Below are positions 1 through 7,382 of a DNA stretch of 29,462 nt, one piece after another. Numbering within the stretch: the stretch's first letter is position 1; the number at the start of each line of letters is the position of its first letter. A program made the position numbers and the translations under genes. Source of the stretch: a virus (taxonomy: Duplodnaviria > Caudoviricetes); the IMG/VR virus record IMGVR_UViG_3300014656_004474, positions 1-29,462 of that record, one strand, 5' to 3'. The notes below the pieces were generated by a model. That model was not told the DNA's origin, ran no database searches, and saw nothing but the letters and a program-made list of their open reading frames with translations.

Positions 1-366
1 AAACGAAAAGGCGACTATAACAGAGTGAAACGTTTTGCCTATTTGGAAGAGGATATAAATCATATTCAAACTCTTCCCAATATCGACTTGAAAAACAACA
101 TTTGGGTTTCCGTCCACCCTTGCCAGACGGCAGAAAAGATCGTCAAGCTGTTCAATAAATCTAAAGTTCATGCACTGATCATAATGCCCTGCTGTCATGG
201 TAATTCAAATGATATATTCGCTAAAGCTTGGCTCAGACGAAAGTTAAGCGAGTATGATTTGTGGACATATTATCTCGCAAAGAAAATCAAGAACGCGAAG
301 GTAAAAATTGTCACTGATATAAATTGTATCAGCCCTCGAAACAATATCATTGTCGCTGTGCGATAA
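1..366 (+). CDS. SAM-dependent methyltransferase, C-terminal part (Methyltransf_32/METTL25-like); 5' truncated by window edge
   Basis: Frame is open from base 1. Motifs VSVHPC, LIIMPCC and terminal SPRNNIIVA resemble the LHACG / VPCC / SPRN pattern of this family. Confidence 0.55.
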   Translation, partial: KRKGDYNRVKRFAYLEEDINHIQTLPNIDLKNNIWVSVHPCQTAEKIVKLFNKSKVHALIIMPCCHGNSNDIFAKAWLRRKLSEYDLWTYYLAKKIKNAKVKIVTDINCISPRNNIIVAVR

Positions 367-376
367 GAGAGAACAC

Positions 377-1261
377 ATGATCGGGTTTGATGTTATATCT
401 TACCTCGATGACCGGGACATTGACTACAGAACATCGGGGAAGAACGTGGGTAGTGGCTGGATTGGAATAAGGTGTATTTTTTGTGGGGATAACTCCTTTC
501 ATCTGGGCATAAATCTTGAAGCGGCATCCTACAGCTGCTTCCGATGTGGCGCCAAAGGAACCGGTATCGCCCTCATCGCCGAACTGGAACATTGCTCAAA
601 AAAGCAAGCTTACGCCATCACCAAAAAATTTCTGAATTTGGATGCAGCCATCGCTCAAAGATACAAAGAACCTATCTATACTGATGAAGTGAAGCTGAAA
701 GGACTGACGAAAGAATTTCCTCAAGAACATCTCGACTACCTCAAAAATAGAAACTTCGATCCTGCTTTCTTGATTCGCAGGTACAATCTATACGCAGGAA
801 CTTACATCGGGGATTTCAAATTCAGAATCGTTGCCCCAGTCTACTTGGATAACACACTTGTGTCGCTTGTTGGGCGTGACATCACAGACAAATCAGATCA
901 GAGATACAAAGCATTAGCAGTTTCCAAATCAAAGATGCCTCTAAAATCTACGCTGTATAATATAGACTCAGTACAACGAGATGCAATAATCGTTGAAGGG
1001 ATTACAGACGTGTGGCGAATAGGGGATGGGTGTGTTGCGACGCTGGGAACTAAGGTGACAAGCGATCAAGTTCTTCTCTTGAGAGGAATCAGAAACGCAT
1101 ACGTCTTATTTGATGCTGAAGCGAAAAATGAAGCTGAGAAGCTTTCTGTGATGTTACAGGGGATTGTTGAGCATGTAGAGATCATCTTGTTGGATCAAGG
1201 AGATCCTGCAGAACTCCGCGAACATGAAGTGCGATTATTGAGAAAGGAGTTGATGACATGA
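377..1261 (+). CDS. DNA primase (Zn-finger + TOPRIM)
   Basis: CIFC...H...CFRC zinc-binding domain, RIVAPV, GRD, IIVEGITD, LFDAE, DPAE TOPRIM motifs. ATG 377 preferred over TTG 350. Confidence 0.9.
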   Translation: MIGFDVISYLDDRDIDYRTSGKNVGSGWIGIRCIFCGDNSFHLGINLEAASYSCFRCGAKGTGIALIAELEHCSKKQAYAITKKFLNLDAAIAQRYKEPIYTDEVKLKGLTKEFPQEHLDYLKNRNFDPAFLIRRYNLYAGTYIGDFKFRIVAPVYLDNTLVSLVGRDITDKSDQRYKALAVSKSKMPLKSTLYNIDSVQRDAIIVEGITDVWRIGDGCVATLGTKVTSDQVLLLRGIRNAYVLFDAEAKNEAEKLSVMLQGIVEHVEIILLDQGDPAELREHEVRLLRKELMT

Positions 1262-1467
1262 AAAGGTCTATCAAGTGGCACGAGGAATGCTTAAAAAACA
1301 TGAAAGGAACGCTGGATAGAATTGATGAGGATATTGCCCGCATGGTAAAACATAAAGGTATAATCCAAAGAGAAATTGATTTTCTGAAACTTCAAATCGA
1401 TGAGGCTACAAAAAAGAAAAAAGACGGTTTTGACAACTATCTATTTTTGAGAAAAAAAGGAGCTTAA
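1258..1467 (+). CDS. hypothetical coiled-coil protein
   Basis: ATGA overlap with primase stop, AAGGAG upstream, heptad-like sequence. Confidence 0.7.
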   Translation: MKRSIKWHEECLKNMKGTLDRIDEDIARMVKHKGIIQREIDFLKLQIDEATKKKKDGFDNYLFLRKKGA

Positions 1468-1470
1468 AAT

Positions 1471-1866
1471 ATGAGTCAAACACCAGGTGAAGCGATTCGA
1501 GCCTATTGCGTACATTGCAATGGAGGAGTATATTCGGAAGTAAAAGAATGCAATGCAAATGGGGAGTGCCAATTTTGGAAGTATCGACTTGGAAGAGGAC
1601 GCCCTTCTGTCAAACTGATTCGGAAATTCTGTCTCGACTGCATGGGGGGTTACAAAGACCTTGTTCGAACATGCATTGTGGAAGATTGCTATTGCTTTCC
1701 TTATCGATTCGGGACGAATCCAAACAGAGGCGAAATGTCAGACGAGAGAAGGGAGATGCTCTCTGTTGCACTGAGTAGAGGGAGAGCAATGAGAGCAGTC
1801 TCACGAACGAGAACCCGAACTCCAGAACCTATAGTTATCAAACGAACGAGAGGAGTTACACAATGA
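1471..1866 (+). CDS. Cys-rich protein with two tandem IRxxCxxCxGG...C...C..YRxG repeats
   Basis: AIRAYCVHCNGG...C...CQFWKYRLG and LIRKFCLDCMGG...C...CYCFPYRFG; AAGGAG RBS. Confidence 0.75.
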   Translation: MSQTPGEAIRAYCVHCNGGVYSEVKECNANGECQFWKYRLGRGRPSVKLIRKFCLDCMGGYKDLVRTCIVEDCYCFPYRFGTNPNRGEMSDERREMLSVALSRGRAMRAVSRTRTRTPEPIVIKRTRGVTQ

Positions 1867-2222
1867 CAGAAGAACCCAAAGATGCAAAGCCCGATCCTCT
1901 GCCCGAAGAGGTCAAGAAAATATTGAACAAAATGAGGAAGATGGAATATCATATGCTGATAGAAGCAGGCTGGTGCCCAACCTGTTGTCGAGAGCACACT
2001 ATTGAAGGGCAGTCAAAATGTCCATCTTGCATGGAGAAACATCGCATCCGTACATTTAACAAAAGAAGAAGCACATGGCCTGGGACACGCACGATCTATG
2101 GAGGAAGAGGCAGACCCCCAATCGGATGTGACTATACTCCAAAATCTTACAATCATAAACCATGGGAACCAGGAGGTCGAGGAAGACCACCAAAAAGTGC
2201 AAAACAGAGAGGAGGAGCATGA
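1863..2222 (+). CDS. Zn-ribbon protein with two AT-hook-like GRGRPP motifs
   Basis: CPTC...CPSC; GGRGRPPIG and GGRGRPPKS; coupled ATGA start with GAGGAG RBS. Confidence 0.7.
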   Translation: MTEEPKDAKPDPLPEEVKKILNKMRKMEYHMLIEAGWCPTCCREHTIEGQSKCPSCMEKHRIRTFNKRRSTWPGTRTIYGGRGRPPIGCDYTPKSYNHKPWEPGGRGRPPKSAKQRGGA

Positions 2223-2548
2223 TGAAAATATTATTAATTGGAGTTGTGATGACAATGCTGCTATGCTCACCAGCACAAGCACAGATGCCTGGACAAGAAG
2301 GCGTCATCGTTATGAAAATGACAGGGGTATGTTTGACAAAGAACTACCATGATGACTGGGTGAACGCTGAAGTAGCAGGGGACATGGAAGGAATAACCAA
2401 TTTAGTCTTCTCAGGACGATGCTTCCTCGTCGAGAAAGGGGAGCGAGTGCTTGTCATCGAAAGCAGTTGGACTCTGAGAAAAGTAAGAATGAGATCAGGC
2501 CCATACAAAGGAAGAGCAGGGTGGGTGTATATGGAGGCAGTAAAATAG
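2219..2548 (+). CDS. secreted protein with signal peptide, SH3-like C-terminus
   Basis: MMKILLIGVVMTMLLCSPAQA signal peptide (AxA); KVRMRSGPYKGRAGWV; GGAGGAG RBS before ATG 2219. Confidence 0.65.
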   Translation: MMKILLIGVVMTMLLCSPAQAQMPGQEGVIVMKMTGVCLTKNYHDDWVNAEVAGDMEGITNLVFSGRCFLVEKGERVLVIESSWTLRKVRMRSGPYKGRAGWVYMEAVK

Positions 2549-2565
2549 GCCTTGACAAAAAGAAA

Positions 2566-2720
2566 GTCAACTACCGTCAGCTAAAGCAGGCGGCTTGTAA
2601 CTGTCGGCTATAAGCCGACTGCCACGTATGGCAGATTGACTGCTGCCCTACAACCAATATTGATTGCAGCGATGTAATCAGCGATTGCGGAGTAACCGCA
2701 CGATATACAAGAAAACAAGG
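2566..2720 (-). ncRNA. predicted TnpB omega/reRNA scaffold; guide continues into 2565-2546
   Basis: Established architecture: scaffold overlaps the tnpB 3' end and right end. 5' boundary is a guess. Confidence 0.55.
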
Positions 2721-3684
2721 ATTGAGACTTACGATTATGCTTATCAATACAACCACATTCAGGGCAAGTTCTCGAAGTATTTCGAGGGTCAACCAGACTC
2801 ACGAAAACACCGGCGATTTTTGCCTTGTATTCGATAAACTTTTTCAACTGATCAAATCCCCAAGAGCTATGTTGTCTCCGCTGCTTCTTTCTTGCAACCG
2901 TTCTGGAACGGATACCCCTCAAATCTTCAAGGGCAATGCCTCTCCCAGTGTCTTTTGCTTTTTTAACAATCTTCTTGGAGATTACATGATTAACGTCTTT
3001 GGCAAAACGAGTTTCTTTTCTCTTGCGCTTCTTCAGAATCCGTTTAGCCGATTTAGTTTGTTTGCTTTGAAGTTTCGCTCTCAATTTGGCATGGCGTTTT
3101 CTAAGGGCGTTGACCGTATCGCCAGAATATTGAACACCATCGGAATCGAAGGCAATATTTTTTATTCCCAAATCCACGCCGATAAACTCGTCAGGATTGT
3201 TGGCAGGTGGTTCAGGAGCGTCAACTACCGTGGCAAGATAAAAGATTTTATCCCGATAGATGAGGTCGGTTTGCCTTACAATTCGGTCAAGCCTTGCTTC
3301 CTGATAAGCTCCAATTCTAATCGGGATAATTTGTCGGCCTTCCAAGGTCAGGAGAGAAACTTTATCCAATCCCTTCCAGGACAGGATTCTTTGATCGTAA
3401 ACAACGGCTCCGCGGGGTTTGAATACTGGCAGAATTTTCTTATCCCGTTTATAAGCTTCACAAGTTTTAGAAATTGCCCTGATTGTAAGCTGAGCAGAAA
3501 GACCAAATTCTTTTCTGATGTCCCGATAAACGCATTGCTGAAGCCTTATTTTATTGGCTGTTTTGAGTTCAAAGGCTTTGTTTGCAATACAATTACAGGC
3601 TTTATTAAAACGCTCCATAGTTTCAAGGAGAATTTTATGTTGCTCATCTGCGGGAGCAAGTTTTATCATCAGTGTTTGCTTCAT
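2608..3684 (-). CDS. tnpB: RNA-guided endonuclease TnpB
   Basis: RuvC-I GVDLG, RuvC-II IALEDL, Zn finger CPECG...CISCG, RuvC-III ADYIAAINI; catalytic D/E/D intact. Confidence 0.95.
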   Translation of the reverse strand: MKQTLMIKLAPADEQHKILLETMERFNKACNCIANKAFELKTANKIRLQQCVYRDIRKEFGLSAQLTIRAISKTCEAYKRDKKILPVFKPRGAVVYDQRILSWKGLDKVSLLTLEGRQIIPIRIGAYQEARLDRIVRQTDLIYRDKIFYLATVVDAPEPPANNPDEFIGVDLGIKNIAFDSDGVQYSGDTVNALRKRHAKLRAKLQSKQTKSAKRILKKRKRKETRFAKDVNHVISKKIVKKAKDTGRGIALEDLRGIRSRTVARKKQRRQHSSWGFDQLKKFIEYKAKIAGVFVSLVDPRNTSRTCPECGCIDKHNRKSQSLFSCISCGYSAIADYIAAINIGCRAAVNLPYVAVGL

Positions 3685-3690
3685 GATCTT

Positions 3691-3719
3691 AATATAAACA
3701 TATTGAAATTAAATGTCAA
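3691..3719 (-). promoter_or_regulatory. sigma70 promoter for tnpB1, leaderless
   Basis: Minus strand TTGACA-N17-TATATT, then 6 nt, then ATG. Confidence 0.75.
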
Positions 3720-3812
3720 TAGTTTTTTAACTTGGAACAGGCTAAAGCATCCCGCCTAAAGGCGGGGGCTTCCGCTTCGCTCCTCCCCAAGGGCGGTGTA
3801 TTAAATTTTCTC

Positions 3813-3841
3813 TTGACAAAGCGAAAGTCAATGTTTATCTT
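3813..3841 (+). promoter_or_regulatory. sigma70 promoter upstream of structured leader
   Basis: TTGACA(3813)-N17-TATCTT(3836); overlaps a TTGAC-N9-GTCAA inverted repeat. Confidence 0.7.
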
Positions 3842-4053
3842 ATACACAATAGCGATCCAGGCCGCTGTATAAAAGATGATCGACAAAAGCGGGACGAGGA
3901 AATGAGAACTAAAATAATCAACACCCTTTTGAAGGGGTGGGCAAGGTCATCTAACCGTCCCTTAGATCGTCTTGCCTGGAAACAAGAACAACTAAGGTTC
4001 TCACATCCATTCACTTCCTAAGTTGATCTTGCCCAAACCTTCAAAAGGGTGTT
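3841..4053 (+). ncRNA. structured leader / C4- or CI-like cloverleaf antisense RNA
   Basis: ~29-bp closing stem 3921-3949/4024-4052 enclosing three arms whose loops complement 3856-3862, 3891-3896 and 3897-3909. Confidence 0.6.
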
Positions 4054-4069
4054 TCTATTTGAGGCATTC

Positions 4070-4510
4070 ATGAAAGTCCTCGTCACAGGCGACAGAAACT
4101 GGTCGAACAGAGCAGTCATTCGACACGCTCTTCTCAATCTTCTTCCTGATGATTCGATCATCGTTCACGGCGCAGCGAGAGGCGCCGATTCAATCGCAGG
4201 AGAGATCGCAAAGAAGTGGGACATCAAAGTTCTCATTTATCCTGCTCAATGGGAAGTATATGGAAAAGCTGCTGGCCCGATCCGCAACAGACAAATGCTC
4301 ACTGAGAATCCTGACATCGAATTAGTTCTCGCATTCCATAACAATATCGAAAAAAGCAAAGGCACAAGAGACATGTGCTCTATAGCTGATAAGCAAGGTA
4401 TTCCGATTCAACTCTACACAGAATCAGGAATGATACCTTGTTTAAAGTTCCATAAGATAGATAGGAGGTTAACAAATGTCCCGTCACGCACTCAAAATTC
4501 TCGCGGATGA
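4070..4510 (+). CDS. DUF2493 / SLOG (YspA-related) protein
   Basis: KVLVTGDR, IIVHGAARGAD, YGKAAGPIRNRQML, VLAFH, SKGTRDM. Confidence 0.85.
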   Translation: MKVLVTGDRNWSNRAVIRHALLNLLPDDSIIVHGAARGADSIAGEIAKKWDIKVLIYPAQWEVYGKAAGPIRNRQMLTENPDIELVLAFHNNIEKSKGTRDMCSIADKQGIPIQLYTESGMIPCLKFHKIDRRLTNVPSRTQNSRG

Positions 4511-5906
4511 CAAAAACATAATCAGTTATCGAAAGAAACTCCGACCCCTTTGTGGTGATCTTATAACTGCAACGATTCTCTTCCAACAAATTTTGTACTG
4601 GTGGTTTCATAACAAAGAGAAGCCTTTCTATAAATACAGACTCCCTCTAAAAAAGCGTGAAGATGAATCACAGGTGCAATATGATGAACGTGCAAAATTT
4701 TATAATGAAGGTGATTCATGGTGTGAGGAACTGGGGTTTTCAAAAGATGAATTTGACACTGCTCTGAAAAGAATTGCACATAAACGAGGGGACGCTGTTA
4801 TAGATGCAGACAAATATCCCATTAAGCTTTTTATCGAATATTACACCACTTTAACCCGCGTCACCTATTACAACATCTGTGATGCTCAGGCATTAAATGA
4901 CATCATTACAAATCATTACTCGAAAAGCGACAATCCCGATTTACGTCCTTACGAGAAACCCGATTTACGAGCAGCGACAATCCCGAAGGAGAATAACAGA
5001 ACAGAGAGTACTTCAGAGAATACTTCAGAAACTTTTTCTAAAGAAAAAGATCACTCCTTTCAGGAGGAAGCAACGAATGAAGAACCTGTTGTAGCAAAGG
5101 ACTTTGTGGGGCCTGAGAACATACATGGCTTGAAAGAAAAGATTGTCGTTGTTCCTGAAGAATCAAAGAGTGTCTATGCTGCTGTCATTGACTATTGGAA
5201 CTCAAAGGGTTTAACTCAACACAGAGAAGGTACAAAACGTCACGATGAGATCATCCGCTTGCTTCATAAGTTTGCTTTGGGAATCTTTCCATACAAAGTT
5301 GAGCAGGAGCGTTTCAAAGGGAAAAAATTCAAGAGGAAGGATTTCATCAAATCGATTGATCAGTTTGCTCTTGCCGCAACAGACCCTGATTATGAGGCGT
5401 CGATTGGCTCTTCCTATAAAGAGAAACTTCGCAAAACACCCCTTCATGAATTCTTGTGGAACACATTTTCAAATGGTGAAATCCACAAATCGTTGTTTCT
5501 GCACTTTTTTGAAAATGATGCTAAACTTGTAACAGATAAGTATTTAAAGGATGAAGATCCGGGATTGACGAAGGCAATCATGGATGAGTATCAGCGACAG
5601 CAACTTGGCACGAAGGATGAGATAAAATCGAAAGGACCATTTGTAAAGGCGACGAAGCGATTGAAGGCATTTCTCGAAGTGAACAAAAAGAGACTTATGC
5701 CGGGGCGCAATCTCTCAGATGAAAACATTGCTCGATGGCTTGTGACCGCTGTTACAAACGCATCAAGAGGAAAAGCTATTTCAGCAGCCTTTCTTGCCTC
5801 TGATCTCACCTATGAACAAATCTTGCCTATATACCTTCAAAATGAAGCAATCTTCACGCGAACAGACGGAGAGCGAACACCAAAATACAAGATGGTGAAT
5901 AATTAA
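4476..5906 (+). CDS. phage replication initiator / replisome organiser-like protein
   Basis: N-terminal winged-HTH-like ATILFQQILYW...FYK...SWCEELGFS; low-complexity linker with DNA repeats and TSENTSET; GGAGG RBS. Confidence 0.6.
   Translation: MSRHALKILADDKNIISYRKKLRPLCGDLITATILFQQILYWWFHNKEKPFYKYRLPLKKREDESQVQYDERAKFYNEGDSWCEELGFSKDEFDTALKRIAHKRGDAVIDADKYPIKLFIEYYTTLTRVTYYNICDAQALNDIITNHYSKSDNPDLRPYEKPDLRAATIPKENNRTESTSENTSETFSKEKDHSFQEEATNEEPVVAKDFVGPENIHGLKEKIVVVPEESKSVYAAVIDYWNSKGLTQHREGTKRHDEIIRLLHKFALGIFPYKVEQERFKGKKFKRKDFIKSIDQFALAATDPDYEASIGSSYKEKLRKTPLHEFLWNTFSNGEIHKSLFLHFFENDAKLVTDKYLKDEDPGLTKAIMDEYQRQQLGTKDEIKSKGPFVKATKRLKAFLEVNKKRLMPGRNLSDENIARWLVTAVTNASRGKAISAAFLASDLTYEQILPIYLQNEAIFTRTDGERTPKYKMVNN
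4926..5030 (+). repeat. iteron-like direct repeats, putative origin
   Basis: AGCGACAATCCCGA at 4926 and 4973; CCCGATTTACG at 4935 and 4959; TACTTCAGA at 5009 and 5021. Confidence 0.6.
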
Positions 5907-5919
5907 AAGGAGAAAAATC

Positions 5920-6207
5920 ATGAAAGCGAAAGTGGTAAAAGTTCCTGTGGGTCCAGCGCCAGAGGAGGTTAGAAGGTGTTGGGTTGGGGTTGTATTGGAG
6001 GTCATCCGGATGCCACAATTCTGTGGCGAGAGAGATTTCCTAACGGGAAAGGACCTCCCAAATAGGAGGGGATTTATGGCTAATACATGTTGTGCTATCT
6101 CGGCTCTTAGGCAGAAATCTCTTGATGCTGCCAAGTGGTTTGAACAGAATCTTCCATCGGATAACCATCATCTATGTTTTGGTCCAGATGAAATGGAAAT
6201 TCTTTAA
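5920..6207 (+). CDS. hypothetical protein
   Basis: AAGGAG RBS, 95-aa ORF in operon. Confidence 0.7.
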   Translation: MKAKVVKVPVGPAPEEVRRCWVGVVLEVIRMPQFCGERDFLTGKDLPNRRGFMANTCCAISALRQKSLDAAKWFEQNLPSDNHHLCFGPDEMEIL

Positions 6208-6499
6208 AAGAAGAACAACGTGAGTGATTTGATCGAAGGATTTAAAATGGAAACTGTAACTAATGATTTGCCTGATAGGTTGTAAGTAGGAGTTACCGTT
6301 TATAGTAAACTGATCGTATGGTGGCATCGAATAGAATTGCAGCATCATACCAGTGTAGGGTATAAAATGGTACGAGTGGTTCATTGAAAAAAGAGTAAAG
6401 AGGAATATGCCCTCTACTTATCCTATCAGGCGTATGCATAAAACTGAGATAAAAGGAGAACAACATGAGTGATTTGATCAAAGAGTTTAAAGGTGAAAC
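6205..6499 (+). repeat. 50-bp direct repeat (6205-6254 / 6450-6499) duplicating RBS and start of the HD gene
   Basis: 42/50 identical by manual alignment. Confidence 0.85.
6270..6431. ncRNA. unassigned structured RNA or MITE-like insert
   Basis: Nested inverted repeats: 6270-6279/6422-6431, 6283-6289/6414-6420, 6294-6304/6361-6372, 6316-6323/6343-6350. Confidence 0.45.
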
Positions 6500-7049
6500 G
6501 AAGATCATCAAGCGGAAAGGTATAAAGGAACTGATCGAGTGGCTTGAAGGAACTGACTTCTTTACCGCTCCTGCATCAACGAAGTATCATGGAGCGCATG
6601 ACAAAGGACTTGCATTGCACAGTTTGTCCGTTCTCGACGCGGCGATGGAGCTGAAGAAGTTTACGGAAGTCGATGTGAAGGACGAATCAATTGCGATCTG
6701 TGCTCTATTCCATGACATTTGCAAAGTAGATTTCTACACGATGGAAATGAGAAATAAGAAGATTGATGGGAAGTGGGTCGAGGTTCCTTTCAGAACTGTG
6801 AAAGATCAATTTCCTATGGGTCATGGGGAGAAATCTGTCTATCTCATTCAGAAGTTCATGGACCTGACTGACGAAGAAGCCCTTGCAATTCGTTGGCACT
6901 TAGGAGGGTTCGATCCTGCTGTTCATTTTAACTATCCGAGCGGGGCTTCATGCAATCAGGCATTCAAACAGAACAAACTTGTCTCATTGATTGCTTGCGC
7001 TGATCTGACTGCAACGTATCTGCTTGACGAATGGGAGGAAGAAAAATGA
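6465..7049 (+). CDS. HD-domain phosphohydrolase (YhaM/Cbf1-like HD)
   Basis: APASTKYH, GLALHSLSV, LFHDICK, GHGEKS, AIRWH, AD. Confidence 0.85.
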   Translation: MSDLIKEFKGETKIIKRKGIKELIEWLEGTDFFTAPASTKYHGAHDKGLALHSLSVLDAAMELKKFTEVDVKDESIAICALFHDICKVDFYTMEMRNKKIDGKWVEVPFRTVKDQFPMGHGEKSVYLIQKFMDLTDEEALAIRWHLGGFDPAVHFNYPSGASCNQAFKQNKLVSLIACADLTATYLLDEWEEEK

Positions 7050-7255
7050 TAAGAATACCTGAAGAGTCTGGTTTCTATTTTGCAAAATTGGAACACGGCA
7101 AATGTTTCAATCTGATTGTGCGAGTCGAAGGAGTGGCACCGATGTTATACATCTCCTATGCTCTTGACATGGGAATCTATGGCCCAAGAATTGCAGCCAT
7201 AAAGCCTTTTCAGATTAATGAATGGGGACCAAAAATAGAGGAGCCAAAATGCTGA
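7046..7255 (+). CDS. hypothetical protein
   Basis: ATGA overlap with HD stop, GGAGG RBS. Confidence 0.6.
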   Translation: MIRIPEESGFYFAKLEHGKCFNLIVRVEGVAPMLYISYALDMGIYGPRIAAIKPFQINEWGPKIEEPKC

Positions 7256-7382
7256 AGCAGCATTAGATTTTCTCAAAACCGATCATTTCTATCACGTCCT
7301 TTGAGCATAGAATCAACGAACGTCTGAAAGACGACACTCATCATGTTGAATAATTCAAATTGAACCTAGGAGTCAAAATCTC

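Larger units (their letters stand above)
2566..3786 (-). mobile_element. IS200/IS605-family solo TnpB element 1 (IS1341-like, no tnpA)
   Basis: Right-end hairpin on minus strand CAAG-ccgcctgc-TTTAG-ctgacgg-tagtTGAC ending at 2566. Left-end hairpin cccgcc-taaa-ggcggg at 3751-3766. Left boundary is approximate. Confidence 0.8.

Noticed and set aside
3220-3231. 12-bp GTCAACTACCGT inside tnpB1 identical to its right end (2566-2577)
   Set aside because: No accompanying hairpin; it encodes ordinary TVVD residues and is plausibly chance.
2608-3684. Cas12f/CRISPR system or nuclease-dead TldR
   Set aside because: No repeat-spacer array seen in the window, IS ends are present, and the RuvC D/E/D residues are intact in both TnpBs.
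6270-6431. tRNA, SRP RNA or known riboswitch
   Set aside because: No cloverleaf or TTCRA arm, no SRP helix-8 motif, no recognisable aptamer consensus.
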